DNA of 58,172 nucleotides from a virus (Duplodnaviria; Caudoviricetes): IMG/VR virus record IMGVR_UViG_3300028610_000686, positions 1 to 58,172 of that record; one strand, 5' to 3'. Shown piece by piece: positions 40,788 to 50,506 of this stretch (position 1 is its first letter; each line of letters starts with the position of its first letter). The notes under the pieces were generated by a model. It saw only the letters and a program-made list of their open reading frames with translations, ran no database searches and was not told where the DNA came from. The position numbers and the translations under genes were made by a program.

Positions 40788-41333
40788 ATGAAAATAGCAT
40801 TATCAGTACCGCATACACCAAATCGGCCAGGGGCTAGTGCTTGCGGTGTAAATGAATATGGTCTTGGGTGTGCTGTGATTGGTGATTTGATTTACAGATT
40901 AACTAAAACAGGTCATGAGGCGTGGTTAATCGGCGCAGATAATAATCTTGAACAGATTAATCAAATCAATAAATTGAATGTTGATTGTGGCCTAGAACTT
41001 CATTTTAATGCTTTTACAAAAGATTCTATGAAAGGAACTGAGGTTTTACATGCCAATTCAGAAAAAGGTATTTTGTTGGCTGATTGCATTCAGAAATCAC
41101 TAGTTAAAAGGTTAGGCACTAGAGATCGCGGCATCATGATTGGTCATTTTCGCGGTAACGTAAGAAAGCCTATTCTCGGGATGCTTCAGAATACAAATTG
41201 CCCGTTTGTTATTCCTGAACCTTTGTTTTTGAGCAACCCGGGGGATTTCAGCAAAATTGATGTCTTGGCTATTTCATGGGCTATTTTTACTGGCCTGGAA
41301 AATTATGAACAAATTTTAAAAGGGGAATTATGA
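40788..41333 (+). CDS. N-acetylmuramoyl-L-alanine amidase (Amidase_3), endolysin
   Basis: Zn ligands H9, E23, ELHFNA; GTEV; LQNTNCPFVIPEPLFLSN. Confidence 0.85.
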   Translation: MKIALSVPHTPNRPGASACGVNEYGLGCAVIGDLIYRLTKTGHEAWLIGADNNLEQINQINKLNVDCGLELHFNAFTKDSMKGTEVLHANSEKGILLADCIQKSLVKRLGTRDRGIMIGHFRGNVRKPILGMLQNTNCPFVIPEPLFLSNPGDFSKIDVLAISWAIFTGLENYEQILKGEL

Positions 41334-41791
41334 AACTTTTTGAAGAATATCGAATTGTTGATCCATCAGGAAATGATTTTACATGGAAGAAAATCAAACA
41401 TCCTGAATTTAAATATGAAGTGACGAAGAGATATTCTGTTCAGCTTTCGTATTGTCCACCGACACCGATTCGAACAAGATATTTTTCATTTCTTAAAAAC
41501 GGCGTATTGACGGTTGAAATTGGTTACCGATGGGATGGTGCAAGCGGCCCAACGATTGACACAATATCGACTATGCGGGGATCATGTTGTCATGATATAC
41601 CATATCAAATGTTTCGTGAAGGAACACTTAGTAGAGAATTCAAGGAAAATGCAGATCGAACATTACAATTAATGTTAATGGAAGATTATCACCCGGAAAA
41701 CATTTTTGAAGAGGTATGGTCAACTACTCGCGCTGGTTATTATTACCAAGCTGTTAATCTTTTTGGATGGTGGGCTTGTCGAGCGAGTTGA
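41330..41791 (+). CDS. DUF1353-like protein
   Basis: GYRWDGASGP, GSCCHDIPYQ, KENAD, YQAVNLFG. Confidence 0.7.
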   Translation: MKLFEEYRIVDPSGNDFTWKKIKHPEFKYEVTKRYSVQLSYCPPTPIRTRYFSFLKNGVLTVEIGYRWDGASGPTIDTISTMRGSCCHDIPYQMFREGTLSREFKENADRTLQLMLMEDYHPENIFEEVWSTTRAGYYYQAVNLFGWWACRAS

Positions 41792-41957
41792 TACGCAGTT
41801 GTTTAAAAATCCGTATCTTTTCTTGAATTATATCGTCCTCATTATGTTTACAAAATGAATTAACACAATCCGCCGCATCATATAGGAATTCAGTTTGATT
41901 TTTTACATGCGGCGACAAGCAAAATATTCTATTTTTTAATTCAGTCATTTTATCTCA

Positions 41958-42404
41958 CTAATTGATGTTATAACATTCGCACTGTTCGCGGATTGCGATC
42001 GCGTGATCCTTGGCAAAGTATTCTTGATAAATATCACGCTCCGCAAGAATTGAAACCTTTGAAATTAGTTTGCATTTTTTACATGATACTTTAAGTATTA
42101 AACTTAATGTGTTATCATTGAAATAAAAACTATCTATATTTAACCCGCACTTTTCAAATGTAGATTTTATATTTGGTGGAATAGTTGGTTTGAAAATTAA
42201 TGGTTGTATTTTAGGTTTACAACTTGTTCTTAGGTCTGTAGTAGTAAGAATTTCAGAAATCCTGAAATTCAAAAACAAATCATAAATCACCTCTGACATA
42301 TCATTAAAAATGTAGTTGAAATGCTTGCTTATTTTCTTCGCAAACCAAACAGACACCAAAAACCATGCAATTAATTTAACCAGTATTTTTGTCAATCGTT
42401 CCAT
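41958..42404 (-). CDS. Hypothetical protein
   Basis: Part of a tightly packed minus-strand run. Confidence 0.5.
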   Translation of the reverse strand: MERLTKILVKLIAWFLVSVWFAKKISKHFNYIFNDMSEVIYDLFLNFRISEILTTTDLRTSCKPKIQPLIFKPTIPPNIKSTFEKCGLNIDSFYFNDNTLSLILKVSCKKCKLISKVSILAERDIYQEYFAKDHAIAIREQCECYNIN

Positions 42405-42405
42405 T

Positions 42406-42603
42406 TTAACGATCTTCCAGTATTGAAGAATTAGAGTGATAATATCTCATGTGATTAGCTTCTTCGATCTGGTCGTCAGCGTAGTCTAACTTTTTGATAG
42501 TGCCGCCTCTTTTTAGATATTCTTCGACAGTTTCCTTTGGCTTTTCCTTCTGATCTTTTTCAGATACATATCGCGCGTTAAATACTCTTTTGTGTTTTGT
42601 CAT
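42406..42603 (-). CDS. Small conserved phage protein
   Basis: VEEYLKRGGTIKKL motif. Confidence 0.6.
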   Translation of the reverse strand: MTKHKRVFNARYVSEKDQKEKPKETVEEYLKRGGTIKKLDYADDQIEEANHMRYYHSNSSILEDR

Positions 42604-42609
42604 TTCAAC

Positions 42610-42795
42610 CTATTTTGCGACAAGTTTTAAACAATCTTTTTCAACACTTGCTATCATTTTTGAACAAGCGTGAATTCTTTGTGCTGCAGCATCTGTATAC
42701 TCAACTTTAGTTACATATTCCCAACTGACTATACCGGCAACAATAAAGCCAATTGACATTGCAATGGCTATAAAAAAAATACTAACTTCGTTCAT
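42610..42795 (-). CDS. Small membrane protein
   Basis: N-terminal TM; GGGG RBS. Confidence 0.55.
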   Translation of the reverse strand: MNEVSIFFIAIAMSIGFIVAGIVSWEYVTKVEYTDAAAQRIHACSKMIASVEKDCLKLVAK

Positions 42796-42819
42796 GTTTC
42801 CCCTTTTGGATTTAACGGA

Positions 42820-43065
42820 TTAAAGTTTATTTTTATCAATGAAAAAATTACATTTACCATTGAATGTATCGTGTTCGTTGCGTGGTATCATTTTATGAAG
42901 AATTGAATTCTTATTATTACATTCTTCATAATTGTGCATCATATGGAGAAAGAATATAGGACAACCATGCTCTTGCCCTTTGTGAATTAAAACTTCTCTT
43001 GCGCAATTATTGCAATACTTCTCTTCGTATTGATCGCCTTCTGTCCCGTTTGAGAAATAGCCCAT
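42820..43065 (-). CDS. Cys-rich hypothetical protein
   Basis: YFSNGTEG..YEEKYCNNC..CPI motif. Confidence 0.65.
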   Translation of the reverse strand: MGYFSNGTEGDQYEEKYCNNCAREVLIHKGQEHGCPIFFLHMMHNYEECNNKNSILHKMIPRNEHDTFNGKCNFFIDKNKL

Positions 43066-43066
43066 G

Positions 43067-43729
43067 TTATTCTATCTGTTTTTGATTTGCAATTTGATGT
43101 TGTTCTGTTAGCACTTTTTTTCTTTCACTGTATGGCATCCCGATTTTAATGTATGCAGTATTGTCGCTTTCTAATACGGCAATCTGTTCTAATTGGTCTT
43201 CCTTGGCAATATCTCTGATATTTTTTTGGTGCATTCCGAATACTATTTTATTGATCATTTTGGCTTCATTTGAAAAATGGTGACTTTTGGCGGGATCATG
43301 GGCATTTTCAACGGCATTTGACATTATTTTATAGTTACGGGAAGCCAACACGCGGACCATGTTCCAGTTTTCTTTTCGCTGGGTCCCATCCCTATATGCT
43401 AACAATACTTTTAGTTTAAATTCAGGCGATATCCACATTGCAAATTCCATTGCTACTAAATCATGAGCATAAGTTCCTCCATTATATTTTCCACGTCTTG
43501 TGACTATCGATTTTAAATCACTTGAATTCGAGGTATTTAGATATTCATCAACAACGTCAATAAATTCTTTGGTTGTGCTGTTTGATCTCCAATTATCCAT
43601 TCTTTTATGAGGATAATAAACAGCGAGGTCATTTAAACAGATATACCCGTTTTCATCTACTTTTATTTCACCACAAACATCATTAAATGACATTCTCAAT
43701 ACTAAAGCTTCTCTCAGTTCCATAATCAC
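43067..43729 (-). CDS. KilA-N domain DNA-binding protein
   Basis: GYICLNDL, DNWRSNSTTKEFI, GGTYAHDLVAMEFAMWISPEFKLKV, HFSNEAKMIN. Confidence 0.88.
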   Translation of the reverse strand: MIMELREALVLRMSFNDVCGEIKVDENGYICLNDLAVYYPHKRMDNWRSNSTTKEFIDVVDEYLNTSNSSDLKSIVTRRGKYNGGTYAHDLVAMEFAMWISPEFKLKVLLAYRDGTQRKENWNMVRVLASRNYKIMSNAVENAHDPAKSHHFSNEAKMINKIVFGMHQKNIRDIAKEDQLEQIAVLESDNTAYIKIGMPYSERKKVLTEQHQIANQKQIE

Positions 43730-43922
43730 CTTTTAAATTATTTTAATTGACTTTCATTAAAAGGTATAATATAAATAGATTGAAGTCAAATAGATTTTTA
43801 ATAAAACATTATATGAGATTAATAAATAACTAATTTTAAAGGAGCGGGCAAAATGCACAGCCCACTAAAAATGGGCAACAAAAAACATCATTAATTATTT
43901 AAATCATTCAAAAGGGGATAAT

Positions 43923-44312
43923 ATGAAAACAACATTGATAATTCTAATAACATTTTTCATTAGCTTTTTATTTACTGGCTGTGATACAGATGCCGATATT
44001 GCATCAAGAAATTTGTCAAAGGCAGCAGAACAGTTTGAAATTGAAAGACGCATTGTTTTTTATAACGGAGTCACTGACAAATATATTCTTAGTATTGAGG
44101 GATTGTGTTCAGTTGATTTTTACACTTTAAAATTTGTAGTTACGTGCAAAACTGGCAGAAATGAATATAAAAAACATTATTTAGGAAGAGCCGATAACGT
44201 TTTCCCATTTATTGAACAACTGAAAGAAGTAAAAGTTGGCGTCTATCACTACAGGGTGATTTTTAAACCTGAGTCTATTATTCCGAACGTTGACTTAAAA
44301 ATTAGTCCTTAA
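43923..44312 (+). CDS. Conserved phage lipoprotein
   Basis: Lipobox FTGC; ADIASRNLSKAAEQFEIERRIVFYNG, YHYRVIFKPESIIP. Confidence 0.8.
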   Translation: MKTTLIILITFFISFLFTGCDTDADIASRNLSKAAEQFEIERRIVFYNGVTDKYILSIEGLCSVDFYTLKFVVTCKTGRNEYKKHYLGRADNVFPFIEQLKEVKVGVYHYRVIFKPESIIPNVDLKISP

Positions 44313-44376
44313 AAACAATTCCCCCATGGCCTCGGTATAAATAGATCGTGGTCGTGGTTAACCAAAAAGGATAAAG

Positions 44377-44589
44377 ATGCCAGCAAGCACAGGGAAAAAA
44401 GGCGGTAAAAAATTCGACCGGTGCAAAAATAAACCATGCCATAAGCGTTACAACGCTGAAAACAGGCGTGAAAAAAATTTAATTGTGAAAGCCCGCCGGA
44501 TTGCAAAATTGATGAAAAAGTTTTGCAAATATAAACCGTTTAATATTACGCCGAGCTTATCTAGAATGGTTGTAGATATTGCTGGTTAA
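44377..44589 (+). CDS. Small basic hypothetical protein
   Basis: AAGGA RBS; K/R-rich. Confidence 0.45.
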   Translation: MPASTGKKGGKKFDRCKNKPCHKRYNAENRREKNLIVKARRIAKLMKKFCKYKPFNITPSLSRMVVDIAG

Positions 44590-44652
44590 TTTAATGGAAT
44601 ATTCAATAAACAACCTATTCATAGGCCACGAAAGGACTTTTAAAATTGAAAG

Positions 44653-44942
44653 TTGCTTGATTCAAAACAACCAAACCAAAAGGAGAAAACCGCGCTTTCC
44701 AATTACGATTGGATATCCAAGCGGGTTTGCTTGACTTTAGGCATTGACTGAAAAAATGCCCGGTCACATATAAAGCAAGCTTCTTGATTTTGGTATATTA
44801 ATTCACGAGGGATAATGCGACTCCCCAAAATAGCCGTTTAGTGGGCGGCCCTAAATGTAGGGCAATATTTCAAAAAGCTGAGCGTTTTAAACGTGCCAAA
44901 ATCAAACACAGGATATTAATCCGAATAACTGAATCAAGACAA
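44653..44942 (+). ncRNA. Putative structured ncRNA (nested long-range stems)
   Basis: CTTGATTCA(44656)/TGAATCAAG(44930); TTGATTTTGGTA(44784)/TGCCAAAATCAA(44894); internal hairpins; no ORF of 60 aa or more. Confidence 0.45.
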
Positions 44943-44945
44943 GTA

Positions 44946-45071
44946 GCAGAGATAGGCGAAAAGTAGACGCTATTATCTGAGATCCCGGCTGCGAGCTGTG
45001 TTCAACTCACGGCATAGATTACGGTTATATAGGACCGGGACGTTTCCGGGTATCAAATCCCGGTCTCTGCT
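44946..45071 (+). ncRNA. tRNA-like RNA 1 (acceptor, D and T arms; oversized central arm)
   Basis: GCAGAGA/TCTCTGC acceptor; GGCG-AAAAGTAGA-CGCT D-arm; CCGGG-TATCAAAT-CCCGG T-arm; TCCCGG/CCGGGA central stem. Confidence 0.55.
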
Positions 45072-45092
45072 TTCAAATTTCAAAAGGAAAAA

Positions 45093-45437
45093 ATGGATAA
45101 GCCAAATAGATTTCTCGATAACATGGCCAGTTATGGACTTGGCAATCTTGTTGATGAATTAGCAGATTATCAACAGAAAGTTATTGAAGCAGTAAGAACA
45201 ACGCGTAAAATGGGAAAACTCGTTCTTGAGTTAAAATTCAAACCAAACGGGAAACACCAGATCGAAGTCGAAGCAGTCACGAAACCGACAATTCCAAGGC
45301 TTCCGGTTGAACGCGTTCAAATGTTTGCGGATGATGAAAATCTTTTGCACGAGCAGGACCCGGATAACAAGCAAACATCGTTTGCGGATAACGTATCGAG
45401 TATCAACGAGCATAAAAAGGAGGTGAAAGACGCATAA
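45093..45437 (+). CDS. Phage protein (YfdP-like partner of DUF2303)
   Basis: VIEAVRTTRKMGKLVLELKFKP..P..MFADDENLLHEQDP. Confidence 0.7.
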   Translation: MDKPNRFLDNMASYGLGNLVDELADYQQKVIEAVRTTRKMGKLVLELKFKPNGKHQIEVEAVTKPTIPRLPVERVQMFADDENLLHEQDPDNKQTSFADNVSSINEHKKEVKDA

Positions 45438-46330
45438 TGAGTGGTGAATTAACCGAAAATGAAGTCGAATCAATCTTGAAAGCCGGCGAGGAGCGCGGAA
45501 AGTTTCAGGAAGTCATGGAAAACGGGGATACAAAAATATTTCTCGTTAAAAAAGGATATGAAGTTGAACATTTCAGTACTGGTTATGACCGTCCGAAAAG
45601 AAAAAAAGGTGTGAGATCGTTCAACGATCTCAAAAGTTTTTCATCGTATGTGAATAAACACAAGATCGAAGATGAAACGATTATCATTGCAGATGAACAC
45701 AAGGCCGATGTCAAAGCAGTTTTTAACGACAACGGAAAGGAGCCTGCTTGGGGTGATTTTGGCGCGGTATTCAAGATCGGATTTTCGAAGCAGTGGCAAA
45801 CTTGGTTTTGCAATTCCCATTCTCAACGCAACCATTTATTCGATCAATCCGAGTTCTCAGATTTCCTTGAAGACAACCGGTCTGATCTGATGTGCGGGAA
45901 CTTCGAAGACAGGGATGGAAACAGTGTTGAAAACATTTCGTATTTGGAAATGACCAACATTATTCAAAATCTGAATGTTACCAAAGAGGAAAAGTTTGCA
46001 TCCAAAGTTGATCCGGTTTCCGGTACTGTTAGCATGATGTATGAAAATGAGGAATCTGGGAAAGGCAGTATTAAAATTCCTCGTGAATTCTGGCTTGTCG
46101 TGCCTGTCTTTTTATCCGGTGATTTATGGCGTATTAAAATCAGATTACGCCACAGGATAAACGGTGGTTCAGCCAAATTCTATTACATCATTGATCAAGT
46201 TGAAGACGTGAAGGAAAAAGCCTTTTCGTCCATTTGCGATATGATTGAAAACGGAAACGCTGGATCAGAAGAAGATAAAAAGAAGCTTTTTTCTGGAACC
46301 GGAATTGAAGTTTACAAGGGAACATTCTAA
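45437..46330 (+). CDS. DUF2303 (YfdQ-like) protein
   Basis: SFSSYVNKH, AVFND..PAWGDF, WQTW, QSEFSDFLEDN, IPREF..PVF, RLRHRI. Confidence 0.85.
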   Translation: MSGELTENEVESILKAGEERGKFQEVMENGDTKIFLVKKGYEVEHFSTGYDRPKRKKGVRSFNDLKSFSSYVNKHKIEDETIIIADEHKADVKAVFNDNGKEPAWGDFGAVFKIGFSKQWQTWFCNSHSQRNHLFDQSEFSDFLEDNRSDLMCGNFEDRDGNSVENISYLEMTNIIQNLNVTKEEKFASKVDPVSGTVSMMYENEESGKGSIKIPREFWLVVPVFLSGDLWRIKIRLRHRINGGSAKFYYIIDQVEDVKEKAFSSICDMIENGNAGSEEDKKKLFSGTGIEVYKGTF

Positions 46331-46375
46331 TCAAAAAACCCGGTCAGAAATGGCCGGTAAAACTGTGAGGTAAAA

Positions 46376-46684
46376 ATGCAAGAGAACAGAGATGGTTCAT
46401 TCGGGCCTATTGAGGATTCTGAAAGTTTATTTGAGAAATTTCAGAAAATGCATGAAGAAGAGTTATCAAAAGTAAGATCAGTGCATTTTGGCACAGTATC
46501 AGAACTTGAAGAAATAAGACTGAAGAAAAGTCTGGAATCAAGAGTTGATGAGCTTGAAAAGCAACTAAATGAGTCACGCCAAGAAAAATCAAAATTTATT
46601 ACAGAGCCGACACATGATCAAGTGAAGCAATTCGGCTACCCGATGAAAAAGGAAACATTAAAATCATTTATCGCTATATTATGA
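46376..46684 (+). CDS. Hypothetical protein
   Basis: GAGG RBS. Confidence 0.55.
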   Translation: MQENRDGSFGPIEDSESLFEKFQKMHEEELSKVRSVHFGTVSELEEIRLKKSLESRVDELEKQLNESRQEKSKFITEPTHDQVKQFGYPMKKETLKSFIAIL

Positions 46685-46856
46685 GAACAATGAAAGCCGA
46701 TCTGCATTATAACGGGTTGCCAGAACCAATCGATTCAATTGAATTCGACTCCACGAGCATGAGTGAGAAAGAAGCACTTGAAGAAATCGAGAGACAATTC
46801 CTATCCAAAATAACAATAAAATACGATGAAAAGAACGTTTTTAAGAAGAGGGTAAA

Positions 46857-47225
46857 ATGAAACCAGAGGATAAAGTAGCAACTCAAGTGCAGAGTCAAAA
46901 ACTTATTGAGCTTGGTTTTAAAATTGAAACGGAAAAGTATTGGCAACCTACCAGAGTTGGATACTTTTTAGGGGCAAGTGACATAATAGCGCTTGGTGTT
47001 AAATCTATACCCGCACCGGACGTTGCCGAACTTGGAGAGATATTACCGGATGAGATTTGGAATAGTGACAAATCGAAATGTCTTTGGACTTTTGAAAGTT
47101 TGGGAAAATTAGAAACTAATTACGGGCATTGGTTGTTACATGGAAAATATTATAAAACAGAAGCTCAAGCCCGTTGCGCCGCGTTAATTTGGCTAATCGA
47201 AAACAAACACATTGAGATAAAATGA
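46857..47225 (+). CDS. Hypothetical protein
   Basis: SQKLIELGF, PAPDVAELGEILP, TEAQAR..LIWLIEN, a common phage motif set. Confidence 0.65.
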   Translation: MKPEDKVATQVQSQKLIELGFKIETEKYWQPTRVGYFLGASDIIALGVKSIPAPDVAELGEILPDEIWNSDKSKCLWTFESLGKLETNYGHWLLHGKYYKTEAQARCAALIWLIENKHIEIK

Positions 47226-47419
47226 TACCAGAAGAAATAACGGACTTCGTGAACAGCAAGGAAGGCGAAAAAGTATTTGAAGAACTATGCGAGGCGAAAA
47301 ATCCGCAAATGTTAAGAGATCGAAAGAAAAGTTTCTTTAACCCTCCCTGTAATGTAAAGCGCTGGTACAGAATGTTCAAGACATTAAGTTACATGACAAT
47401 GATTAAAAACAAGAAATAA
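47222..47419 (+). CDS. Hypothetical protein
   Basis: ATAA/ATG-coupled. Confidence 0.45.
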   Translation: MIPEEITDFVNSKEGEKVFEELCEAKNPQMLRDRKKSFFNPPCNVKRWYRMFKTLSYMTMIKNKK

Positions 47420-47422
47420 ATC

Positions 47423-47451
47423 TTGACACAATTGATCAAATAAAATACTCT
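47423..47451 (+). promoter_or_regulatory. Promoter with TTGATCAA palindrome in the spacer
   Basis: TTGACA-17 nt-TACTCT; TTGACACA(A/T)TTGATCAA shared with 5865. Confidence 0.65.
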
Positions 47452-47507
47452 GAGTATAACAAGTCATCACTAAGATAAGACTTGAAAATCAAGACTCGGA
47501 GAAAGTC

Positions 47508-47654
47508 ATGAAAATTTATTCAATTGTTGATATGATGGGAATCGTGATTTATGCAACTGAATCGCTGGAAGATGCGAAAGATTTCATTGATTTTAAAACA
47601 CGCGACAATAAAAGCCGTGGGATATATGACGAGCTTGAAATCGAAACTGTTTGA
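47508..47654 (+). CDS. Small hypothetical protein (48 aa), below the ORF-track cutoff
   Basis: MKIYSIVDMMGIVIYATESLEDAKDFIDFKTRDNKSRGIYDELEIETV; leader CTCGGAGAAAGTSATGAAAA shared with the gene at 5955. Confidence 0.55.
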   Translation: MKIYSIVDMMGIVIYATESLEDAKDFIDFKTRDNKSRGIYDELEIETV

Positions 47655-47947
47655 TACAGTATTCAAAAAGATAGTAGTAAAAATGATTGAATCAGGAATC
47701 ATTGATATAAAATGGTTCCTTGATCATTTTGAAACTAATGACGTGCTCGACAAGATTCCGATTGAGAAAGTCATAATTTATGCGTCGGACAATAACCCTT
47801 TTGACTAGGTGTTATCATGTTAGAACAAATCCTAATATTCATATTGCTAATGTCAGCAATAATTCTGCAAATATTATTAGTCGAAAGGAATAAAAAGAAA
47901 AAAGACTAATATTTGCACATTCGGAAACTTTTTTATGGGGATAAAAA

Positions 47948-49930
47948 ATGAAACTAAAATCACTACACCTAGGATATTGGAAAGGTGCGATTGACGAGAA
48001 GATAAACTTTCAAGACAAAACAAATATTTATCTTGAAAACGAAGGCGGGAAAACAAGGATTCCGGAGGCTATTCTTTGGATATTCTACGGCAAACATCCC
48101 AAAGGAAAAACTGACATCGATATTAAAACACGATGTACCAGCCGCACAAAAAGCCATTTCCCAGACAATAAAATTGGTGATGTAATCCACAACTTGAGTC
48201 ATTCAGCAACCCTTGTAATCGAACATGAAGGCCGAGAAATCGAACTGAAAAAAACGTTTAAGGAAACCTGGGGAACCACAGCAGTAATCTTAGATCGTCA
48301 CCTTAAAACTCACACCACAAAATATGAACTCGATGGCCACAAATGCGCAAAGAAAAAATACGAGGAAGAGCTTTCAAAAATAATTGATGAGAAAACATTC
48401 CGAATGTTGACCGACCCGCTTTATTTCAGCTCAGATGAAAACTCTGGTGGAATCCATTGGTCAGAACGTCGAAACATTCTATTATCGATGGGTGACGAAG
48501 TCGATAATTCGAAAATCAAAGGCTATGAAGAAATAAAAGATTTGATTGCATCTTGGTCGCCGGAAGAGAAAAAGATTGATCTAAAATCGGAAATCAAAAA
48601 GATTGGAGAAAAAAAGGAAGAAATACCTATAGCAGTTAAAGAAAATCAGCGCCATTTCATCGATATTGATGATAATGGAACCTTACTATCAATTGACGAA
48701 TTGAACGCAAATAAGGCCGAATATCAAGAGAAAATCAATTCAATCAAAACCGATTCAGGTCAACAAGAGATAAAAAACAAGATTTCCACAATTGATAATG
48801 AAATTTTGCAAAAAACAACAGAATTCAACACGGATAAGCAGAAAAAAATTGATACGTTGGTTCAACAAGAATCGACAACGAAAGAGGCAATCACATCTGT
48901 TAATCATCAAATTGAATTGCTCAAGAATGAGAATGAGGAAAAACAAAGAGTTGTCGACATTAATGAGTCAACTATGGAAACCGAGCGGGGTAATTACAAA
49001 AAAATTGTCACAAATAAAGAGGCATTGATTAAAGAGGTTCGTATTTTCGATGATAAATGCTACAACCCTGTTTGCAAAAAACCTCTTGATCCAGATGTTA
49101 TCGAAAAAAGTAAAGAGGAATACAATCTTCAAAAGGCCGATATACTTGAGGAGTTTACTACTGCACTGAATAAAATAAGTGTCGATGGCAAATTGATGAA
49201 AACTGCAACGGATAGTATGGAACTTCACATTATCGGAAACACCGGCAAGATCGAACACAAAAACAAAGAGATTGTCAATTACAAATTAAGCCGGGATTCG
49301 AAACGCATCAAAATTGATGAGTTAAAAGAAACAGCTCCGGACTTATCAGAACTTGAAAGTAAAAAATCGGAACTTGAAAAGAAGATCGGTCAAAATGATG
49401 CTCCGGACACTTCACATTATGACAATCTGATTGTCGAAGCTGACAACCAAATAAATCAGATCAACCAGAGAGCTTTGGATATCACGAAAAACAAGGATTA
49501 CACGGCACGTATTGAAGAACTTGAAAAGCTTGAAAAGAAACTGTCACAAAACCAAGCTGATTTAATAGGACAGCTTAAAAAACTTGAACTATTCATTGTC
49601 GCGTGTGTTGAGAGTCAAGCCGAGGCAATAAACAGCATGTTTAAAATTGCGTCATTTAAAATGTTTGAAATCCAAGTCAATGGCGGCATTAATAACGAGT
49701 TTTGCGAGACCATGAAAGACGGCGTTCACTTTAAATCTGTTAATTCTGCTGGGCGGGTGCAAGTTGGGGTAGATATAATCAAAGGGTTACAGAAGTTTTA
49801 TGGCCTTGAGATGCCGATATTCGTAGACAATCGCGAAGGGTGCACTAATATTCCAGAAATCGGATCTCAGGTGATTTCCTTATATGTTTCCCCTAAAGAT
49901 GTTGAAATGCGGGTGGAATATTTACCTTGA
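47948..49930 (+). CDS. SMC/Rad50-like AAA ATPase of the phage recombination module
   Basis: Walker A ENEGGKT, long coiled coil with central CYNPVC, VNSAGRV and PIFVDNREG Walker B. Confidence 0.85.
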   Translation: MKLKSLHLGYWKGAIDEKINFQDKTNIYLENEGGKTRIPEAILWIFYGKHPKGKTDIDIKTRCTSRTKSHFPDNKIGDVIHNLSHSATLVIEHEGREIELKKTFKETWGTTAVILDRHLKTHTTKYELDGHKCAKKKYEEELSKIIDEKTFRMLTDPLYFSSDENSGGIHWSERRNILLSMGDEVDNSKIKGYEEIKDLIASWSPEEKKIDLKSEIKKIGEKKEEIPIAVKENQRHFIDIDDNGTLLSIDELNANKAEYQEKINSIKTDSGQQEIKNKISTIDNEILQKTTEFNTDKQKKIDTLVQQESTTKEAITSVNHQIELLKNENEEKQRVVDINESTMETERGNYKKIVTNKEALIKEVRIFDDKCYNPVCKKPLDPDVIEKSKEEYNLQKADILEEFTTALNKISVDGKLMKTATDSMELHIIGNTGKIEHKNKEIVNYKLSRDSKRIKIDELKETAPDLSELESKKSELEKKIGQNDAPDTSHYDNLIVEADNQINQINQRALDITKNKDYTARIEELEKLEKKLSQNQADLIGQLKKLELFIVACVESQAEAINSMFKIASFKMFEIQVNGGINNEFCETMKDGVHFKSVNSAGRVQVGVDIIKGLQKFYGLEMPIFVDNREGCTNIPEIGSQVISLYVSPKDVEMRVEYLP

Positions 49931-49961
49931 CATATATACATTAATGTAATACCTATAGCAC

Positions 49962-50111
49962 ATGAAAACATTAAAAAAATTAACGTGCTTACGATGTGAA
50001 AAGACATGGTGGCCACGCACAGAAGAAAAACCAAGAACTTGCCCTAAATGTAGGTCTGTCAATTGGGACAGACCCAGAAGAAAGGAAAAAGATGGACAAA
50101 GAGAAGCATAA
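49962..50111 (+). CDS. Small Zn-ribbon protein (49 aa), below the ORF-track cutoff
   Basis: MKTLKKLTCLRCEKTWWPRTEEKPRTCPKCRSVNWDRPRR...; preceded by TTGACA and palindrome TACATTAATGTA. Confidence 0.6.
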   Translation: MKTLKKLTCLRCEKTWWPRTEEKPRTCPKCRSVNWDRPRRKEKDGQREA

Positions 50112-50343
50112 AAAAGCCGATGAATTGCAATGTGAAATAGAAAACGCCAGATTAAGGATAGAAAAATTTATTTCGATTTCAAATACACCACCGGGGCAAA
50201 TCGAAAGCAGGATTGTTACTATTCAATCTTTCGGAACTTCTATCACTGTAACTGGAGCATGTTTTAAAAATGTTTCAGGGATAATAACTGAATCACTAAA
50301 ACAAGAACTTTCAGAACTCGAAAAACAATATGAGGAATTATGA
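50092..50343 (+). CDS. Hypothetical protein
   Basis: AAGGA RBS; in-frame ATG of ORF 49996..50343. Confidence 0.5.
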   Translation: MDKEKHKKADELQCEIENARLRIEKFISISNTPPGQIESRIVTIQSFGTSITVTGACFKNVSGIITESLKQELSELEKQYEEL

Positions 50344-50506
50344 TATCAAAAGAAGATTATCTAAATCAAATAATACCATTAATAATGAAAGTTAATCTAG
50401 ACAGCCGTGATATTTTAAAATTATTTGAAGATTGGAAAGAAAATGACGGATTTAAAAAAGGACTTGAATTGATTTTGTTGCATCAATCAAAAATTAAAGG
50501 GGAATT

